64,000 nucleotides of DNA from Candidatus Omnitrophota bacterium (lineage in GTDB: Bacteria > Omnitrophota > Gorgyraeia > Zapsychrales > Aceulaceae), in contig JAKQPK010000019.1 in NCBI GenBank assembly GCA_029564765.1, forward strand, positions 27,919 to 91,918. Direction: 5' to 3'. Both the position numbers and the translations under genes were made by a program. The notes beneath the pieces were generated by a model. The model was not told where the DNA came from and made no database searches. It saw only the letters and a list, made by a program, of their open reading frames with translations. Positions 9,707 to 20,415 of the stretch are shown here, piece after piece. The number at the start of each line of letters is the position of its first letter. Positions within the stretch are counted from its first letter, which is position 1.

Positions 9707-10662
9707 GTTCTCTCCTTCAACAACGCCAAAGGAACTTTCACATTAAAGTTCTCTTCTAAGGCTTTACGGGTTTTAACGATATCGCTTATGATCTCCTCGA
9801 TCTCTTCAAAAGTATATCGCTCCTTCATTACTTTTAGATCCGTCAGGCGATCAATATTCATTACATGAACGCTTTCAACGTCAATCTTAAGCAAAGAAAT
9901 GTCTTTAAACCAACAAAAAAGAAAATGTAGCATCTCCTTAACCTGCGCCGGATCCTTTAGGATATCTTTAACATACATATCATCATCGCGGGTTAAAAGA
10001 AATTGGTCGATCACAAGGTTTCTACGCTGCACAATAGCCTTTGCCTCTGCGCTAGGGATGCGCCCCGGACAACCTTCGGCCAAACATGACAAAAAATGGG
10101 CCTCGGCTTGTGTGACCTGGCCGGCCGCGGCTAAGCGGTCCCTGAGAGACGTCCGGCCTAAAGGAAACAAATACAAGGTCTGGCATCGTGACTTTATTGT
10201 GCCTAAAACGCTGTCTGGGATGGACGTTGTAAGCAAGATAAGCGTATTTTTTGCCGGCTCCTCCAATGTTTTCAAAAGCGCATTAGCTGCCTCCAGGGTA
10301 AGCCGCTCAACGTTTGGGATAATAAAGACTTTCGTTCTTGCCTCAAAAGCGCGTAATTGAACCTGCGACAAAAGATCCCTGACATCCTCGATCTTGATCG
10401 ACTCATCATCCTCTTGTCCAAGGACATGGACATCCGGATGCATGCCGCTAGTGATCTTAACGCATGCTGGGCAAGCATCGCAAAAGGTCGCGTGAGCAGC
10501 TCGTTCGCAATTCACAAGCTTGGCAACCGCGAGAGCTGTCTGCTTCTTGCCGATATGCTTAGGGCCTATCAAAAGATACGCATGTGCCAAGCGTCCAACC
10601 TTTAAAGCTTGGGCAAAACGCTCAAGGATCATCTCTGATGCAAATTTTTCTGTAGCTATCAT
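9694..10662 (-). CDS. holB: DNA polymerase III subunit delta'
   Basis: HAYL, Cys cluster C..CDACPAC, HPDV, AANALLKTLEEP, TIKSRC. Confidence 0.93.
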   Translation of the reverse strand: MIATEKFASEMILERFAQALKVGRLAHAYLLIGPKHIGKKQTALAVAKLVNCERAAHATFCDACPACVKITSGMHPDVHVLGQEDDESIKIEDVRDLLSQVQLRAFEARTKVFIIPNVERLTLEAANALLKTLEEPAKNTLILLTTSIPDSVLGTIKSRCQTLYLFPLGRTSLRDRLAAAGQVTQAEAHFLSCLAEGCPGRIPSAEAKAIVQRRNLVIDQFLLTRDDDMYVKDILKDPAQVKEMLHFLFCWFKDISLLKIDVESVHVMNIDRLTDLKVMKERYTFEEIEEIISDIVKTRKALEENFNVKVPLALLKERTWKR

Positions 10663-11285
10663 GGCAAAAGCTTTCGAATATCGTTTTCGATGATCCGGCG
10701 GATCGCTTCACGGCTTTGATGACCAGCGATCACCTTGATACGCTTCGGCTCTTGACGAGCGATCTTCAAATATCCTTGACGGACACGATTATGGTATTGC
10801 AACGATCGCTGCTCAATACGGTCTCTAGGTTTCTGAATGCGCGACAACCCCTTATGAGTGGGAAGATCAAGCAAAAATGTAATGTCTGGAAGGATATCTT
10901 GTGTCACATAAGAACCGATCGATCTAATGAAACGGATATCCTCACCGCAACCATATCCCTGATAGGCGATCGTTGAGTCCAGAAATCTATCACAAACCAC
11001 GATCGATCCTTTCCTAAGCGCAGGAAGGATCTTTTCATGAACAAGCTGAGCCCTGGCCGCCATGTACAACAAAACTTCACAAGGCCTAGCCATCTCCTTG
11101 TTCTTATCATCAAGCAAAATGGTGCGGATCTTCTCGCTGATCTTAATGCCCCCTGGTTCACGAATATGCAAAACATCCCTTTTTTCACGCTTAAGAAAGT
11201 CACACAGCAGTTTTACTTGCGTGCTCTTTCCGCATCCTTCCGAGCCCTCAAACGTGATGAACAGTCCCTTTAACCTCTTCGCCAT
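10659..11285 (-). CDS. tmk: Thymidylate kinase
   Basis: FITFEGSEGCGKSTQ, REPGG, DRF..STIAYQG. Confidence 0.96.
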   Translation of the reverse strand: MAKRLKGLFITFEGSEGCGKSTQVKLLCDFLKREKRDVLHIREPGGIKISEKIRTILLDDKNKEMARPCEVLLYMAARAQLVHEKILPALRKGSIVVCDRFLDSTIAYQGYGCGEDIRFIRSIGSYVTQDILPDITFLLDLPTHKGLSRIQKPRDRIEQRSLQYHNRVRQGYLKIARQEPKRIKVIAGHQSREAIRRIIENDIRKLLP

Positions 11286-12661
11286 TTTTGCCCTTCCTTG
11301 CCGTCTTCGACGATAATACCGCGAGCTTTCAGCGCGTCCCGCAGCTCATCCGAACGTTTAAAATCTTTTTGATGACGGGCGATCTCTCTTTCTTTGATCA
11401 AGGATCCCTCTTCTTCCGTCAGATCAACTTCTTTCGTGATAAAAACAATTCCAAAAATATCCCTTAAGATCCCCTGAAGCTCCTGTGCGACTTTTTTAAC
11501 GATCGATGGATATTCTTTCTGGGATTTTAACTTGTATGTTTCGCTGACCATTTCAAATAAAGCGGCTAAAGCGCGAGGTGTGTTAAAATCATCATCCATC
11601 GCTTTAATAAATTCTTGATAATGCTGGTCAAAAGCCTTTATCGCAGGGTCTATCAGCGCACCCGAGGGCTGAACGGTACGGGCTTCTGCGAAGAAGATAG
11701 AAAAACGCTCAAGATTTTTACGCATATCGATCATTTTTTCTTCGGTAAAATCTAACGGACTTGCGTAATGAGAAGACAAAAAGAAAAGCTTGAGCGCGTC
11801 TACTCCGTATCTCGACAAGGCATCAGAAACAGTAATAAAATTCTTTAACGACTTCGACATCTTCTGGCCATTGATCGTCAGAAGCCCGTGATGGATCCAA
11901 CACCTCGCAAAAGGTTTTCCGGTCAAAGCCTCGCTCTGGGCGACTTCATTCTCATGATGAGGAAAGACCAGGTCCCGTCCGCCAGCATGAATATCCAAGG
12001 TTTCTGCTTGGGCGTATTTCATGCTCATCGCAGAGCATTCGATATGCCAACCCGGACGCCCTTTTCCCCATGGGCTTTCCCAAAAAGGCTCGCCCTCTTT
12101 AGACCTTTTCCAAAGGGCGAAATCAAGAGGATCCTTTTTCTTGTCGTCTTTTTCAATACGTACCGCTTCCTGCATCTTCTCGATGCTTTGCCCTGAAAGC
12201 TTGCCATAATCTTTAAATTGCCGTACGCTAAAATACACATCGCCATCTTGAGGATACGCGAAACCCTTCTCGATCAACCCCTCGATATGCTTGATCATCT
12301 CAGGGATGTTCTCTGTCGCTCGCGGCTCTGCATCGGCATCCAGGATGCCTAAAGCACGCAAATCTTCTCGATACGCTTGTATGTTGTCATCAACAACGAT
12401 CCTCCAATCTTTCTTCAGTTCTTGCGCGCGGTTGATGATCTTATCGTCAATATCCGTGATATTACGGATAAAACGAACATTATATCCGCGGAACATCAAA
12501 TAGCGGCGGATAACATCAAAGATATAGAGACTGCGGGCATGGCCAATATGACATCTATCATACACTGTCACGCCGCACGCATACATGCTCACCCGCTTGT
12601 CTTGAATTGGAACAAGGATCTCTTTTTTATTAGAAAGCGAATTATGAATTTGGATATGCAT
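11270..12661 (-). CDS. cysS: Cysteine--tRNA ligase
   Basis: YACGVTVYD..HIGH, GRPGWHIECS, FPHHENE, KMSKS. Confidence 0.97.
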   Translation of the reverse strand: MHIQIHNSLSNKKEILVPIQDKRVSMYACGVTVYDRCHIGHARSLYIFDVIRRYLMFRGYNVRFIRNITDIDDKIINRAQELKKDWRIVVDDNIQAYREDLRALGILDADAEPRATENIPEMIKHIEGLIEKGFAYPQDGDVYFSVRQFKDYGKLSGQSIEKMQEAVRIEKDDKKKDPLDFALWKRSKEGEPFWESPWGKGRPGWHIECSAMSMKYAQAETLDIHAGGRDLVFPHHENEVAQSEALTGKPFARCWIHHGLLTINGQKMSKSLKNFITVSDALSRYGVDALKLFFLSSHYASPLDFTEEKMIDMRKNLERFSIFFAEARTVQPSGALIDPAIKAFDQHYQEFIKAMDDDFNTPRALAALFEMVSETYKLKSQKEYPSIVKKVAQELQGILRDIFGIVFITKEVDLTEEEGSLIKEREIARHQKDFKRSDELRDALKARGIIVEDGKEGQKWRRG

Positions 12662-12664
12662 ACA

Positions 12665-13342
12665 TTATTTTTTCTTTTCTTCCAAGCTGGCTAAACGTTG
12701 CTTGAGTTCTTCTAACTCCTGGACAATAGGATCCAAGATCTGCGCGTGATCCATCATCCGATCCATGCGCTTTCCATCTTGCTTGGTCACATGGCCAGGA
12801 ACCCCCACCACCGTCGTGTTGGGAGGAACGTCCTTGATGACGACAGCGTTCGCGCCAATATATGAATTGCTGCCAATCGTTATGTTTCCCAGCACTTTCG
12901 CGCCCGCTCCAACAACAATGTTGTCGCCTAAGGTCGGATGTCGTTTGCCAACCTCTTTGCCGGTTCCTCCGAGCGTGACTCCCTGGAACAGCGTCACATT
13001 CTTTCCGATAATCGCTGTTTCTCCAATGACGACACCCATACCATGATCAATGAAAAGACCACGGTCGATCTTTGCTCCAGGATGGATCTCTATCCCTGTA
13101 AAAAAACGAGCTGTCTGAGAGATCAAGCGCGGAAAAAATGGCATCTTGTGTTTCCATAAAAAATGCGCTAAACGATACGCAATGATCGCGTGCAACCCTG
13201 CGTACAAGAAAATGATCTGAAAATTCTCCTTAGCAGCAGGGTCCTTATCGCGCGCGGACCTGATCTCCTGGACGAACATCGTAGAAACAAAGAAATACCA
13301 CAATAAAACAAGTAGGATAAAATTAAGCAATAATAATGTCAT
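12665..13342 (-). CDS. cysE: Serine O-acetyltransferase with N-terminal hydrophobic helix
   Basis: [36 protein letters not shown]; start placed at the ATG at 13342 with SD GGAGGG. Confidence 0.9.
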   Translation of the reverse strand: MTLLLLNFILLVLLWYFFVSTMFVQEIRSARDKDPAAKENFQIIFLYAGLHAIIAYRLAHFLWKHKMPFFPRLISQTARFFTGIEIHPGAKIDRGLFIDHGMGVVIGETAIIGKNVTLFQGVTLGGTGKEVGKRHPTLGDNIVVGAGAKVLGNITIGSNSYIGANAVVIKDVPPNTTVVGVPGHVTKQDGKRMDRMMDHAQILDPIVQELEELKQRLASLEEKKK

Positions 13343-13381
13343 GATCTTTCCCTCCATTAATCATACATATGATCAAACGAC

Positions 13382-13858
13382 CTATATTGAAAGCAGAACA
13401 ACAGCATACACAGCGATAGCCTCTTCGGCATTAGGCCCAAAACCCAACCCTTCTTGTGTTTTTGCCTTCACGCTGATCACATCCTCTGATAAAGACAAAG
13501 CTTGTGCCAGACATGAACGAATTTTAGGCTTAAAAGGTTTTAGGTTCGGCTCTTCCGCGATGATCACTGTATCAATATTAACGATCTTGTACCCTTTTTG
13601 ACGAATAAGTCCGTGAACTTTCTGAAGCAAAAAGATGCTGTTCGCGTCCTTGTAGGCAGGGTCTGTATCTGGAAAATGCTCACCGATGTCACCCTGACCC
13701 GCAGCGCCTAACAAAGCGTCGCAGATCGCGTGCGTTAGAACATCCGCATCCGAATGACCCAAGAGGCCTTTCTTAAACGGGATCTCTAATCCGCCTAAAA
13801 CAAGTCTTCGCCCATCCACCAGGCGATGCAGGTCATATCCTAAGCCGATCCGCTGCAT
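13382..13858 (-). CDS. ispF: 2-C-methyl-D-erythritol 2,4-cyclodiphosphate synthase
   Basis: RIGLGYDLH, GHSDADV..HA..DALLGA, KAKT.EGLG. Confidence 0.96.
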   Translation of the reverse strand: MQRIGLGYDLHRLVDGRRLVLGGLEIPFKKGLLGHSDADVLTHAICDALLGAAGQGDIGEHFPDTDPAYKDANSIFLLQKVHGLIRQKGYKIVNIDTVIIAEEPNLKPFKPKIRSCLAQALSLSEDVISVKAKTQEGLGFGPNAEEAIAVYAVVLLSI

Positions 13859-14541
13859 ACTTTTCTCCTTGATAAAAGATACTCCGCAAAAGCTACGTCT
13901 TCTGGCGCAGTGATCTTGATATTGTCATAGCTTGAGAGAACGATCTTCACCTGAGAGCCTGCCTGTTCGACTAGCTGAGCGTCATCGGTTGGAGTAATGG
14001 ACGAAAGCGCGCTGTAAGCCCGATCAATGATCTTGCGGTCAAAAACTTGGGGCGTCTGGATCTCCCAAAGATCTTCACGATTAAGCGTAGCCCAAACGAC
14101 GCCGGTTTTAGTGCATACTCGCTTGATCGTAGACGTGACAGGAACAGCGGCCACAACAGCCTTGTCTTTTCTTCCAGCACGAATACAACGCCTTAACAGA
14201 TCATGCGTAATAAAAGGCCGAGCTCCATCATGAACAACAACAAGTTTTGTGTCGGCATCTAATCGTCGCAATCCATTACGGATAGAGTCACAGCGCCTTG
14301 CTCCGCCTGCCACACACATCACTTTCTTGTGTATGCCAGACTTCTTTATGGCCTTCTCAAAGACCGTGCGGCCTGCAGAAGGGACAACAACGATGACGCT
14401 GTCGATCAAAGAACATTGAGCAAAAACTTTTAAGCTATAAAATAATATCGGCTGCCCCTTGATCGCCAACAACGGCTTAGGAACCTTGCTTTTTAATCTT
14501 GTGCCTGCCCCCGCGGCGGCAATGATAGCTTGGACCTTCAT
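13840..14541 (-). CDS. ispD: 2-C-methyl-D-erythritol 4-phosphate cytidylyltransferase
   Basis: AAGAGTR..K, VHDGARP, QTPQVF, TDDA, NIKIT. Confidence 0.95.
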   Translation of the reverse strand: MKVQAIIAAAGAGTRLKSKVPKPLLAIKGQPILFYSLKVFAQCSLIDSVIVVVPSAGRTVFEKAIKKSGIHKKVMCVAGGARRCDSIRNGLRRLDADTKLVVVHDGARPFITHDLLRRCIRAGRKDKAVVAAVPVTSTIKRVCTKTGVVWATLNREDLWEIQTPQVFDRKIIDRAYSALSSITPTDDAQLVEQAGSQVKIVLSSYDNIKITAPEDVAFAEYLLSRRKVCSGSA

Positions 14542-15518
14542 GTGCGCACTTTTCCAAAGATCATGCGGCCTGCCTGTGTCTGGATCGCCGATGTGATCTC
14601 GACTGATACATCATGGCCGATCAAATGCCGCGCATCAGCCACAACGATCATCGTCCCATCATCCAAATAACCAACGGCTTGCTGATGCTCCGTACCTTCT
14701 TTGACCAACTTTACCGTGATACGATCACCTGGAAAAACAACAGGCTTAACCGCGTTAACAAGCTCATTGATATTCAAGATCTTTATCCCCTGGATACCGG
14801 CATTGCGGTTGAGGTTAAAGTCTGTCGTGCAGATCTTTGCTTCAATGCGTTTGGCCAGATGCAACAACTTATCATCAACATCCTGAATATCTGGAAAATC
14901 GTCTTCATGGACCTTGATGTCGATCGCGGAATCTTTTTGCATGTTGCGCAGGATCTCCATCCCCCGACGGCCACGCTCACGTTTTATGGCATCCTTGGAA
15001 TCCGCCAGAGTTTGAAGTTCTTTAAGAACAAAGCGCGGGACAACGAGCCTCGCCTGAAAAAAATCCGTCTTGCAAATATCAGAAATACGTCCATCAACGA
15101 TCGCGCTCGTATCTAAAATAACGACGTTTTCAAAAAAATTCTCCTTTCGAAACCTTACATAAGGAATAATGAGATTGAAATCATCCTTGCCACGCAAGGC
15201 CATCGTGACCCCCAGATAACAGAAGATGATCATTAAAATAACACGGAACAAAGAGATATGGTAATCTCCCAAAGGTAACAAAGCCAAGATATCCGTGATC
15301 AACTTAGCGATGACCATGCCCAGCAATAAACCAAAAACCATGCTGGACAAACCCCTCAAAGAAACACGGTACATCTTTGTTTCAAGGAAGATCAGCAAGA
15401 GGCCAAAGATCCCTCCGCCGGCTAGGCCTATAGTGCCAAAACCTGAGATATCACCTATCTGATGACCAACGGTCATGCTGACAATAAGAAAGAAAACGCG
15501 AATGATGAATAATGTCAT
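14538..15518 (-). CDS. yacL: Membrane PIN/TRAM-domain protein (YacL family)
   Basis: 4 TM helices, LDTSAIVDGRI, RGRRG, TTDFNL, VGYLDDGTMIVV, QTQAGRMIF. Confidence 0.93.
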   Translation of the reverse strand: MTLFIIRVFFLIVSMTVGHQIGDISGFGTIGLAGGGIFGLLLIFLETKMYRVSLRGLSSMVFGLLLGMVIAKLITDILALLPLGDYHISLFRVILMIIFCYLGVTMALRGKDDFNLIIPYVRFRKENFFENVVILDTSAIVDGRISDICKTDFFQARLVVPRFVLKELQTLADSKDAIKRERGRRGMEILRNMQKDSAIDIKVHEDDFPDIQDVDDKLLHLAKRIEAKICTTDFNLNRNAGIQGIKILNINELVNAVKPVVFPGDRITVKLVKEGTEHQQAVGYLDDGTMIVVADARHLIGHDVSVEITSAIQTQAGRMIFGKVRT

Positions 15519-15536
15519 AACTTCTCCTTTATGATT

Positions 15537-16895
15537 TTATAAAATATCCAAAGCCTGCTTAACGGTCTCAACACCGACACACTCGATCTTTTCTTTCCTG
15601 ATCTCCTTCGCCTTTAAATTATTCTTAGGCAGGATGCAGCGCTGAAAACCTAATTTTTGAGCTTCGTTGATACGCGTTAAAACATGACTGATGCTACGCA
15701 CTTCCGATGATAATCCGACTTCCCCTAAGACAACAACATCATGAGGCATCTTTCTGTCAAGAAGGGCTGTAGCAATGGCTAATGTCACCGCCAGGTCTGC
15801 GGCTGGATCCACAACCTTCACGCCGCCGACAACGTTCAGAAAAATATCTTTATCCTGCAATGACAGCCCTATTTTCTTCTCAAGCACAGCGGCTAAGAGA
15901 GAAAGGCGATTCGCGTCAAAACCTTGAGCCTTTTGCCGCGTTACGCCGAAACTCGCCCGGCTTACCAACCCTTGGATCTCAACCAAAAATGGCCGCGTCC
16001 CTTCCAGTATGGGAACAATGACTGACCCTGAAGCATCATGAAGACGCTCTGACAAAAAGATCTCAGAAGGATTCTTGACCTGTCGCAATCCTTCAGCTGT
16101 CATCTCAAACACACCGATCTCGTTCGTTGATCCAAAACGATTCTTTGTGGCTCTCAATACGCGATACATCGAATAGCGCTCGCCCTCAAAATATAGCACC
16201 GTATCCACCAAATGTTCTAAAACGCGAGGCCCAGCCAGCATTCCTTCCTTTGTCACATGACCAATCATAATAACGGCAACACCTCTTGTTTTGGCGAACT
16301 GTGTCAATAACGAAGCACATTCCCGGACCTGGCTCACGCTACCGGGAGAAGAAGAAATATTTTTCTGAAAGACAACCTGGATCGAATCCAAAATAACAAC
16401 ATCCGGTTTTAGCTTCTCAATATGCTGAAAGATCACATCCAGATCGATCTGATTAACGATATAAAGCTTACTGCTGTCTTTTTCTAAAAGACGATCCGCG
16501 CGCATTTTCGCCTGCTTCACGGATTCTTCCCCGCTAATATAGAAAATTTTATGTCCTTTATGCGATAACAGGCATCCTGCCTGCAAAGCCAAGGTAGACT
16601 TGCCGATCCCTGGATCCCCGCCAAGCAAAATGACAGAGGCAGGAACGATCCCACCGCCTAAAACACGATCAAGCTCATCATTTCCTGTACAGAACCGATT
16701 TTCACCATGGCTGACAACATCATTAAGAAGCATCGGCTCCTCTTTGCAAGTAAGGGAAGGTCGCGCTGTGCCTTCCATCGGTTGCAAGCTTTCTTCAACG
16801 AACGTATTCCAGTTCTGACATCCTGGGCAACGACCAAGCCATCCGGAGGATTGCGTCCCACACTCTTGACATATAAAGACTGTTTTTATTTTCAT
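15537..16895 (-). CDS. radA: DNA repair protein RadA/Sms
   Basis: C4 Zn finger, GDPGIGKSTL, KNRFG, Lon-like C-terminal domain. Confidence 0.97.
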   Translation of the reverse strand: MKIKTVFICQECGTQSSGWLGRCPGCQNWNTFVEESLQPMEGTARPSLTCKEEPMLLNDVVSHGENRFCTGNDELDRVLGGGIVPASVILLGGDPGIGKSTLALQAGCLLSHKGHKIFYISGEESVKQAKMRADRLLEKDSSKLYIVNQIDLDVIFQHIEKLKPDVVILDSIQVVFQKNISSSPGSVSQVRECASLLTQFAKTRGVAVIMIGHVTKEGMLAGPRVLEHLVDTVLYFEGERYSMYRVLRATKNRFGSTNEIGVFEMTAEGLRQVKNPSEIFLSERLHDASGSVIVPILEGTRPFLVEIQGLVSRASFGVTRQKAQGFDANRLSLLAAVLEKKIGLSLQDKDIFLNVVGGVKVVDPAADLAVTLAIATALLDRKMPHDVVVLGEVGLSSEVRSISHVLTRINEAQKLGFQRCILPKNNLKAKEIRKEKIECVGVETVKQALDIL

Positions 16896-16942
16896 AAATG
16901 AGCACGTGATTTATGGAACACAGTGATCATAAATCACTGTGC
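16893..16942. repeat. Overlapping, mutually exclusive inverted repeats in the radA leader
   Basis: CACAGTGAT(16919-27)/ATCACTGTG(16933-41); GTGATTTATG(16906-15)/CATAAATCAC(16928-37); CATAAAT(16893-99)/ATTTATG(16909-15). Confidence 0.7.
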
Positions 16943-16991
16943 GAATTTATCCCAGGAAGCGTTAGCGACCGTGGGGTTTCCTTTGGAAGAA

Positions 16992-17960
16992 TCAAAACTT
17001 AATACTACGCTGGATCGTTAACATCCCCGTTTCTTCAGCGCCCGCATTTTCCCGTTCACGCCGTAATCGATACTTGAACTCTGTCTCGCCCGCGTCCTTG
17101 CCTCCAGATCCTTTACGGATCGTCCATTCACGATCGACATTCGTCTGTCGGATCAAAGGCAACATCTTCATTTTGGCTAGCTGCTGAGCAAAATCCTTAA
17201 AATCCTTGGAAAGATCAATTTGTCCTTCTAAAAAGAAACTAACACCGTTGGTTTCAGTAACGCTTGCGTCGATCAAGCGCACCATAGGATAAACACCTTC
17301 TATCCCGGTGGTGATCTCGTCATAACGAAAATTTCCTATCTGACCTGAAGAGGCAAGCCGCCCCTTAATAAGCAATCTTTCAATAAATCCTGTAACGCGT
17401 ATTTGACCGCTTACGTCTCCCATCACGCTTTCCTGGGCCTGGTTGAGCCAAGCGAACAGATCGCTTAATAACATGTCTTTGGCTAAAAAAGTCAGGTCCA
17501 TATCATAAGGCGGCAAAAAAGAAACCTGGCCCTGGCACTGGATCCCAGCGCCACGTAGCTGCCGTACAAAGATCTTGTCATCCACGATGTCGAGTTTACC
17601 CTGAATACCCTTATGGGATAACGCCGGAACCTGATCTTCTTCTTGAGATAACATTACCTCGACAAAAGATACACCGTCCGAAGGCTCAACAACCCTTATT
17701 GATCCTGACGCCTCAGCTGCAATGTGAAAGATCAGCGCCTGCAAACTTTTTGCAGAAAGCCGAAACTGAATAGACTGATCATCGCGCACCTCTGCTGAAA
17801 AGCTTATTTTCCCGTTATTAGAAAAAGAGCAGTCCGCCTGCACGCTTCGCCTTGAAACATCCCACAATCCTTGAAATGTGCAGATATTTTGAGCAAGGAC
17901 GGCAGAAACTGTTATAAAGCTAAAAACCACCGCTAAGAATAACGATCGAAGGGCTGTCAT
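16992..17960 (-). CDS. Exported beta-strand-rich protein, possibly AsmA/TamB-like
   Basis: Signal peptide (..VSAVLA), alternating amphipathic strands, C-terminal Phe; TAATG overlap with the clpC stop. The family call is inference. Confidence 0.55.
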   Translation of the reverse strand: MTALRSLFLAVVFSFITVSAVLAQNICTFQGLWDVSRRSVQADCSFSNNGKISFSAEVRDDQSIQFRLSAKSLQALIFHIAAEASGSIRVVEPSDGVSFVEVMLSQEEDQVPALSHKGIQGKLDIVDDKIFVRQLRGAGIQCQGQVSFLPPYDMDLTFLAKDMLLSDLFAWLNQAQESVMGDVSGQIRVTGFIERLLIKGRLASSGQIGNFRYDEITTGIEGVYPMVRLIDASVTETNGVSFFLEGQIDLSKDFKDFAQQLAKMKMLPLIRQTNVDREWTIRKGSGGKDAGETEFKYRLRRERENAGAEETGMLTIQRSIKF

Positions 17961-20383
17961 TATTCAAAAAACAAGATATCCTTGTTTTTATCGCGCTTCA
18001 CAATGATACTGCTTCCTTCGACGAACCTGCCTCCAATAATTTCCTCCGCCAAGGGATCCTCTAAGAATCGCTGGATGGTTCTCTTAAGTGGCCTGGCCCC
18101 AAACGTAGGGTCAAACCCTCTTTCGATAAAGAACTCTACAGCCTCTGGCGTAAGATTGATGGTAATATTTTTATCTTTGAGACGTTCTGTTACCTCTCGG
18201 ATCTCCAAGTTCACGATATGCTCTAAGTTTTCTTTCGTCAAAGATTGAAAAACGATGATATCATCCAAACGATTCAAGAACTCAGGCTTAAAGGTCTTTT
18301 TGATCTCATCCAACAACCGCTGCTTCATATCCTGATACGTAACTTCTTTATCTTGAGATGCAAACCCTAAAGAGCCTTTCTGGCGCAAGATCTCCGCTCC
18401 TACGTTGGATGTCATGATCACGATCGTATTGCGAAAATCCACGCGACGGCCTAAGCTATCCGTTAATCGTCCATCCTCTAAGACCTGTAGCAGAAGATTA
18501 AAAACATCCTGATGGGCCTTCTCGATCTCATCTAGCAAAACAACCGCATAAGGTCGCCGACGTACTTTTTCTGTCAGCTGGCCTCCCTCTTCGTAGCCTA
18601 CGTATCCTGGAGGAGCGCCCACTAAGCGCGAAACATTAAATTTATCCATATACTCAGACATATCGATCTGAATGATGGCATTCTCATCGCCGAACATGAA
18701 CTCAGACAAAACCCTAGCTAACAGGGTCTTGCCAACACCCGTTGGCCCCAAAAACATAAAAGAACCGATAGGCCGTAATGGATTTTTGATCCCGGCGCGA
18801 GAACGACGTACCGCGCGGGCGATCGCACTGATCGCCTCTGCCTGGCCAATGACCGACTGAGATAAATTTTCTTCAAGCTTAAGAAGCTTTTCGCTTTCCT
18901 TCTGCTCAAGACGAATTAAGGGGATCTTGGTCCACTGCGAGATAACGCGCGCGACATCTTCGTCGGTGATCGTTGGAATAAGCGAATCGCGCTTTTGCAA
19001 CCATTCGCGTCTTTTGGCCTCTAACTGTTCGCGTGCTTCACGCTCTTTATCGCGCATTTGAGCTGCTTTTTCAAAATCCTGGCTCTTTATATACGTTTCT
19101 TTTTCTTCTCGAAGCTCCTCGATCTTTTCTTCCATTTCTTTGATCTCTGGAGGAACAACCATAACGCTTAAACTTGCGCGCGCACCCGCTTCATCAAGAA
19201 TATCAACAGCTTTATCTGGCAAAAAGCGGCCCGTCACGTAACGATCCGTTAGTTTCGCTGAAGCCTCTAGGGCTTCGTCCGAATATTTTACGCGATGATG
19301 AGCCTCGTATTTATCGCGCAAGCCTTGCAGGATCTGGATCGTTTCTTCCACTGATGGAGGCTCGACCATGATCGTTTGAAAACGCCGTTCAAGAGCGGCA
19401 TCTTTTTCAATATTCTTACGATATTCATCGATCGTTGTCGCGCCAATGCATTGGATCTCTCCGCGCGCCAAAGCTGGCTTGAGAATATTCGCCGCATCGA
19501 TCGCCCCTTCGGCGGCCCCCGCACCGACTAACGTATGGATCTCATCAATGAACAAAACGATCTTCTTGGAACGCTTGATCTCATCCATGATCGCCTTGAT
19601 ACGCTCCTCGAATTGGCCGCGATACTTTGTCCCAGCGATCATCATAGCCAGATCTAAAATAATGATGTTCTTATCGCGAAGGTTCTCTGGCACCTCCCCA
19701 TTAACAACTAACTGTGCCAATCCCTCGACGATAGCCGTTTTTCCGACACCTGCTTCACCAATAAGGACAGGATTATTCTTTGTGCGGCGGGTCAATATCT
19801 GCACAATACGTTCGATCTCACCCTTGCGTCCGATCACAGGGTCAAGCTTTCCTTCCCGCGCCAACTTATTCAAATTACGGCCATAAGCATCGATTGCTGG
19901 AGTTTTTCCTTTCTTAGCAGTTTCCTGAGTACCAAATCCGGGGATCCCCGAACCCAAAAGCTCCATGACCTCGTTGCGCACACGCTCTAGGTCAACACCC
20001 ATATTCAAAAATACGCGATAAGCAACCCCCTCACCTTCACGAATAAGCCCAAGCAAAAGATGTTCCGTGCCGATATAATTATGACCTAAGGCGCGAGCTT
20101 CCTCCGCAGCTAATTCCAGCGCTTTCTTGCTGCGTGGCGTGAACGGAATATCTCCCATGACCTGCGTCTGCGGACCGGGCTGGACAACCTTTTCGATCTC
20201 GATGCGGATGGATTCCAGATCAAGTCCAAGTTTTTGCAAAACAGCCGCGGCAACACCCTCTCCCTCGCGAATGAGCCCAAGCAAAAGATGTTCCGTGCCG
20301 ATATAATCATGATTAAATCGCTTAGCCTCTTCTTTGGCTAGAACGATCACTTTACGGGCCCGCTCTGTAAACCGGTTAAACAT
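17960..20383 (-). CDS. clpC: ATP-dependent Clp protease ATPase subunit ClpC
   Basis: [12 protein letters not shown], two Clp-N repeats, two AAA+ modules ([16 protein letters not shown]), UVR coiled coil, LGF loop. Confidence 0.97.
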   Translation of the reverse strand: MFNRFTERARKVIVLAKEEAKRFNHDYIGTEHLLLGLIREGEGVAAAVLQKLGLDLESIRIEIEKVVQPGPQTQVMGDIPFTPRSKKALELAAEEARALGHNYIGTEHLLLGLIREGEGVAYRVFLNMGVDLERVRNEVMELLGSGIPGFGTQETAKKGKTPAIDAYGRNLNKLAREGKLDPVIGRKGEIERIVQILTRRTKNNPVLIGEAGVGKTAIVEGLAQLVVNGEVPENLRDKNIIILDLAMMIAGTKYRGQFEERIKAIMDEIKRSKKIVLFIDEIHTLVGAGAAEGAIDAANILKPALARGEIQCIGATTIDEYRKNIEKDAALERRFQTIMVEPPSVEETIQILQGLRDKYEAHHRVKYSDEALEASAKLTDRYVTGRFLPDKAVDILDEAGARASLSVMVVPPEIKEMEEKIEELREEKETYIKSQDFEKAAQMRDKEREAREQLEAKRREWLQKRDSLIPTITDEDVARVISQWTKIPLIRLEQKESEKLLKLEENLSQSVIGQAEAISAIARAVRRSRAGIKNPLRPIGSFMFLGPTGVGKTLLARVLSEFMFGDENAIIQIDMSEYMDKFNVSRLVGAPPGYVGYEEGGQLTEKVRRRPYAVVLLDEIEKAHQDVFNLLLQVLEDGRLTDSLGRRVDFRNTIVIMTSNVGAEILRQKGSLGFASQDKEVTYQDMKQRLLDEIKKTFKPEFLNRLDDIIVFQSLTKENLEHIVNLEIREVTERLKDKNITINLTPEAVEFFIERGFDPTFGARPLKRTIQRFLEDPLAEEIIGGRFVEGSSIIVKRDKNKDILFFE
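20046..20307. repeat. Exact 34-nt direct repeat within the two Clp-N repeats
   Basis: AGCCCAAGCAAAAGATGTTCCGTGCCGATATAAT at 20046-20079 and 20274-20307. Confidence 0.85.
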
Positions 20384-20415
20384 ACAACCTCCTAAAATTA
20401 ATTGTTACGTATCTC

